Below the pieces are notes generated by a model, which did no database searches, was not told the origin of the DNA, and was given only the letters and a program-made list of their open reading frames with translations. Position numbers and translations under genes: made by a program. Shown piece by piece: positions 61,208 through 64,000 of a stretch of DNA of 64,000 bases (position 1 is the stretch's first letter; every line of letters begins with the position of its first letter). The stretch spans positions 20,150,001-20,214,000 of the forward strand of contig OX597820.1 in assembly GCA_951406725.2 (NCBI GenBank). The letters run 5' to 3'. The stretch comes from Octopus vulgaris (taxonomy: Eukaryota).

Positions 61208-61615
61208 TGTAACGAAGGATCTGTTATCGATTCACTGAAAGGGTGTCGATATCCGGTCTAGTCACATACAATTTTATAAGACAATACAGACGAAGTCAGG
61301 TTGTAGGTAAAAGACAGCAGTTCGTTTATTTATTGCGATGGCGTACGTGTGTCTGATGGGAGAAGGACAGCCTCTGATGTACAGCTTCTTGTTAGTTTGT
61401 TGATGGTCGTAGGCGGCTATGTCGGTGAGGTTGTCAGAGCCTGTTGAATGTACGTCCGTTCGCTGTGGGCTGACTTGCTAGAGAGAAAGATTTGAGTTTG
61501 GCGGGCCTGAGGGAACGTTTCCCGCACATGCGCATGGGGAAGACTTCCGGTGGCCACCCGGAAGTAGTCCCATTCTGCGCATGCGCGCTGAACCCTACAC
61601 AGTAGCATCACTACA
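61208..61615 (-). mobile_element. Solo LTR (Gypsy-like)
   Basis: TGTA...TACA termini, 4-bp CTTT duplication on both sides, AATAAA on the minus strand, GC-rich NRF1/ETS-like motifs. Confidence 0.75.
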
Positions 61616-62840
61616 CTTTTATATCGTCAGGTAGTATATACAATGGGCTTCTTTCAGTTTCTTAATTCTTTATTGCCCACAGGGGGCTAAACATAGAGGG
61701 ACAAACAAGGACAGACAAAGGGAGAAAGTTGATTACATCGACCCCAGTGCGTAACTGGTACTTAATTTATCGACCCCGAAAGGATGAAAGGCAAAGTCTA
61801 CCTCAGCGGAATTTGAATGCAGAACGTAGTCTGTCCTTGTTTGTCCCCTCTATGTTTAGCCCCTTGTGGGCAATAAAGAAATAAAAAAGGTTAGCATACC
61901 GGGTGAAATGCTTAGCAGTATTCTGTCTGTCTTTAGGTTCAGAGTTCAAATTCCACCGAGGTCGACTTTGCCTTTCATTCTTTCAGGATCAATAAATTAA
62001 GTACCAGTTGCTTACTGGGGTTGATTTAATCGACTGGCCCCCTCCCCCAAAATTTCGGGCCTTGTGTCTAGAGTAGAAAAGAATATTTGTGTTAAGGTGG
62101 TGAGTTGGCAGAATCATTCGCAGAATTTTGTCCGTCTTAACATTCTGAGTTCAAATTCCACTGAGGTCGACTTTGCCTTTCATAGTTTCAGGGTTGATAA
62201 ATTAAGCACCTGTCAAGGACTAGGAGTATGGGGATGGGTGGGGTTGGCAATGTAATCGACCTACCCCCTCATCTCCCCAAATTGTTGGCCTTGTGTCAAC
62301 AATTTGGGGGAATGAGGGTGTAGGTTGAATAAAGTGGCGATATGGCAGAATTGTTAGCATGCAGGGCAAAATGCATAGTGGCATTTTGTCCATTCTTAGG
62401 TTTGGATTTCAAATTCTGCTCAGGTTGTCTATGCCTTTCATCTTTTCAGGGTTATTTTATTAAGTACCAGTTGAGTGCTGGAGTTGATGCAATCGCTTTA
62501 CCTCCCCCACAAAAAAAAAAAAAAATGCTGGCCATGTGCCAAAATTTGAAACCACTATTTGTGTTAATTTCAACAGATGAAATATTGAATATTCAAATAA
62601 TATATTACTGTAAGCTATCTAGTTATTAAAATATATGACAGTCACATAGAAGAAGCAATAGCGTTTAATGATCTTCATAACAAAGATATTTGGCAATATC
62701 TGACGAGCGAAAGAATGAAACCCTGGATGTCTTACAGTTAGTCATTCATCTCCTATCGTCTTGGGACATTAGATTTTTATTTTCCTGCATTTATAGTTTC
62801 CTCAGTTTTCATTAGCTGGTATGTACAGGGCACCATATGA

Positions 62841-63660
62841 GCATTGGCCTCATGGAGGCAATGTGGCTGGTGGCAGTGTCACGTAACTGGCACCCGTGCA
62901 GTGGCACATAAAATGCACCATTCAAGCATTGGGCCTCATGGAGGCAATGTGGTCGATACTGGTATCACATAACTGGCACCCGTGCAGTGGCACATAAAAT
63001 GCACCATTCAAGCATTGGGCCTCATGGAGGCAATGTGGTCGATACTGGTATCACATAACTGGCACCTGTGCAGTGGCACATAAAATGCACCATTCAAGCA
63101 TTGGGCCTCATGGAGGCAATGTGGTCGATACTGGTATCACATAACTGGCACCCGTGCAGTGGCACATAAAATGCACCATTCAAGCATTGGGCCTCATGGA
63201 GGCAATGTGGTCGATACTGGTATCACATAACTGGCACCTGTGCAGTGGCACATAAAATGCACCAGTCAAGCATTGGGCCTCATGGAGGCCATGTGGTCGA
63301 TACTGGTATCACATAACTGGCACCTGTGCAGTGGCACATAAAATGCACCATTCAAGCATTGGGCCTCATGGAGGCAATGTGGTCGATACTGGTATCACAT
63401 AACTGGCACCTGTGCAGTGGCACATAAAATGCACCATTCAAGCATTGGGCCTCATGGAGGCAATGTGGTCGATACTGGTATCACATAACTGGCACCTGTG
63501 CAGTGGCACATAAAATGCACCATTCAAGCATTGGGCCTCATGGAGGCAATGTGGTCGATACTGGTATCACATAACTGGCACCTGTGCAGTGGTACATAAA
63601 ATGCACCATTCAAGCATTGGGCCTCATGGAGGCAATGTGGTCAATGCTGGTGTCACGTAA
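62841..63660 (+). repeat. 86-bp tandem array (about 9.5 units) inside a (GAT)n-tailed SINE ending near 63866
   Basis: GGGCCTCATG recurs at 62931, 63017 and onward with period 86. Confidence 0.92.
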
Positions 63661-64000
63661 CCTGTGCCAGTGAAACGTAAAAACACCCATTACTCTATTG
63701 GAGTGGTTACATTAGGAAGGGCATCCAACTGTAGAAACCATGCCAAATCAGACTGGAATCTGGTGCAGCTCCTCATCTAACTAGCCCTGGTCAAACTGTC
63801 TAACCCAGGTCAACATGGACAATAGACGTTAAATGATGATGATGATGATGATGATGTTGATGATGATAGACAATTTCATCAGCCTAGAATTGGCTGCCTT
63901 TGTAAACTACTGCAAATAGTACTTTTTATCCCATTTTTAAAAATCTTTTATTTGTTCCAGTCATTAGACTCTGGCCATGCTGGATCACTGCCTTGAAGGG

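Noticed and set aside
62841-63660. Regular array resembling CRISPR
   Set aside because: Units are contiguous and near-identical with no unique spacers; eukaryotic SINE context and no cas genes.

Overview
AT-rich, repeat-dense animal genomic DNA. The SINE and microsatellite landscape is consistent with an octopus/coleoid genome (inference). The only host gene found is a spliced minus-strand gene. Its 21 GT-AG exons (54384 down to 412) join in phase into about 1085 codons: a signal peptide, six complete MAM domains and the start of a seventh, continuing off the left edge (MAM-array / MALRD1-like). The introns contain several tRNA-derived SINE families, RTE fragments, a near-intact 3' half of an R4/Dong element inside (TAA)n, Tc1/mariner remnants and MITEs, non-autonomous Helitrons and a solo LTR. 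The most unusual signal is a set of about 10 short non-coding elements with minimal type I hammerhead ribozyme (HHR) motifs (stem I-CUGANGA-stem II-GAAAC-palindromic stem III-UH). They occur as long fold-back palindromes inserted in (TA)n, as a retrozyme-like 460-nt direct repeat, and as the tail of a tRNA-headed SINE. A degenerate Tc1/mariner upstream of the gene carries a seven-unit heat shock element plus NRF1 and CRE motifs. All calls were made by eye; repeat boundaries are approximate.
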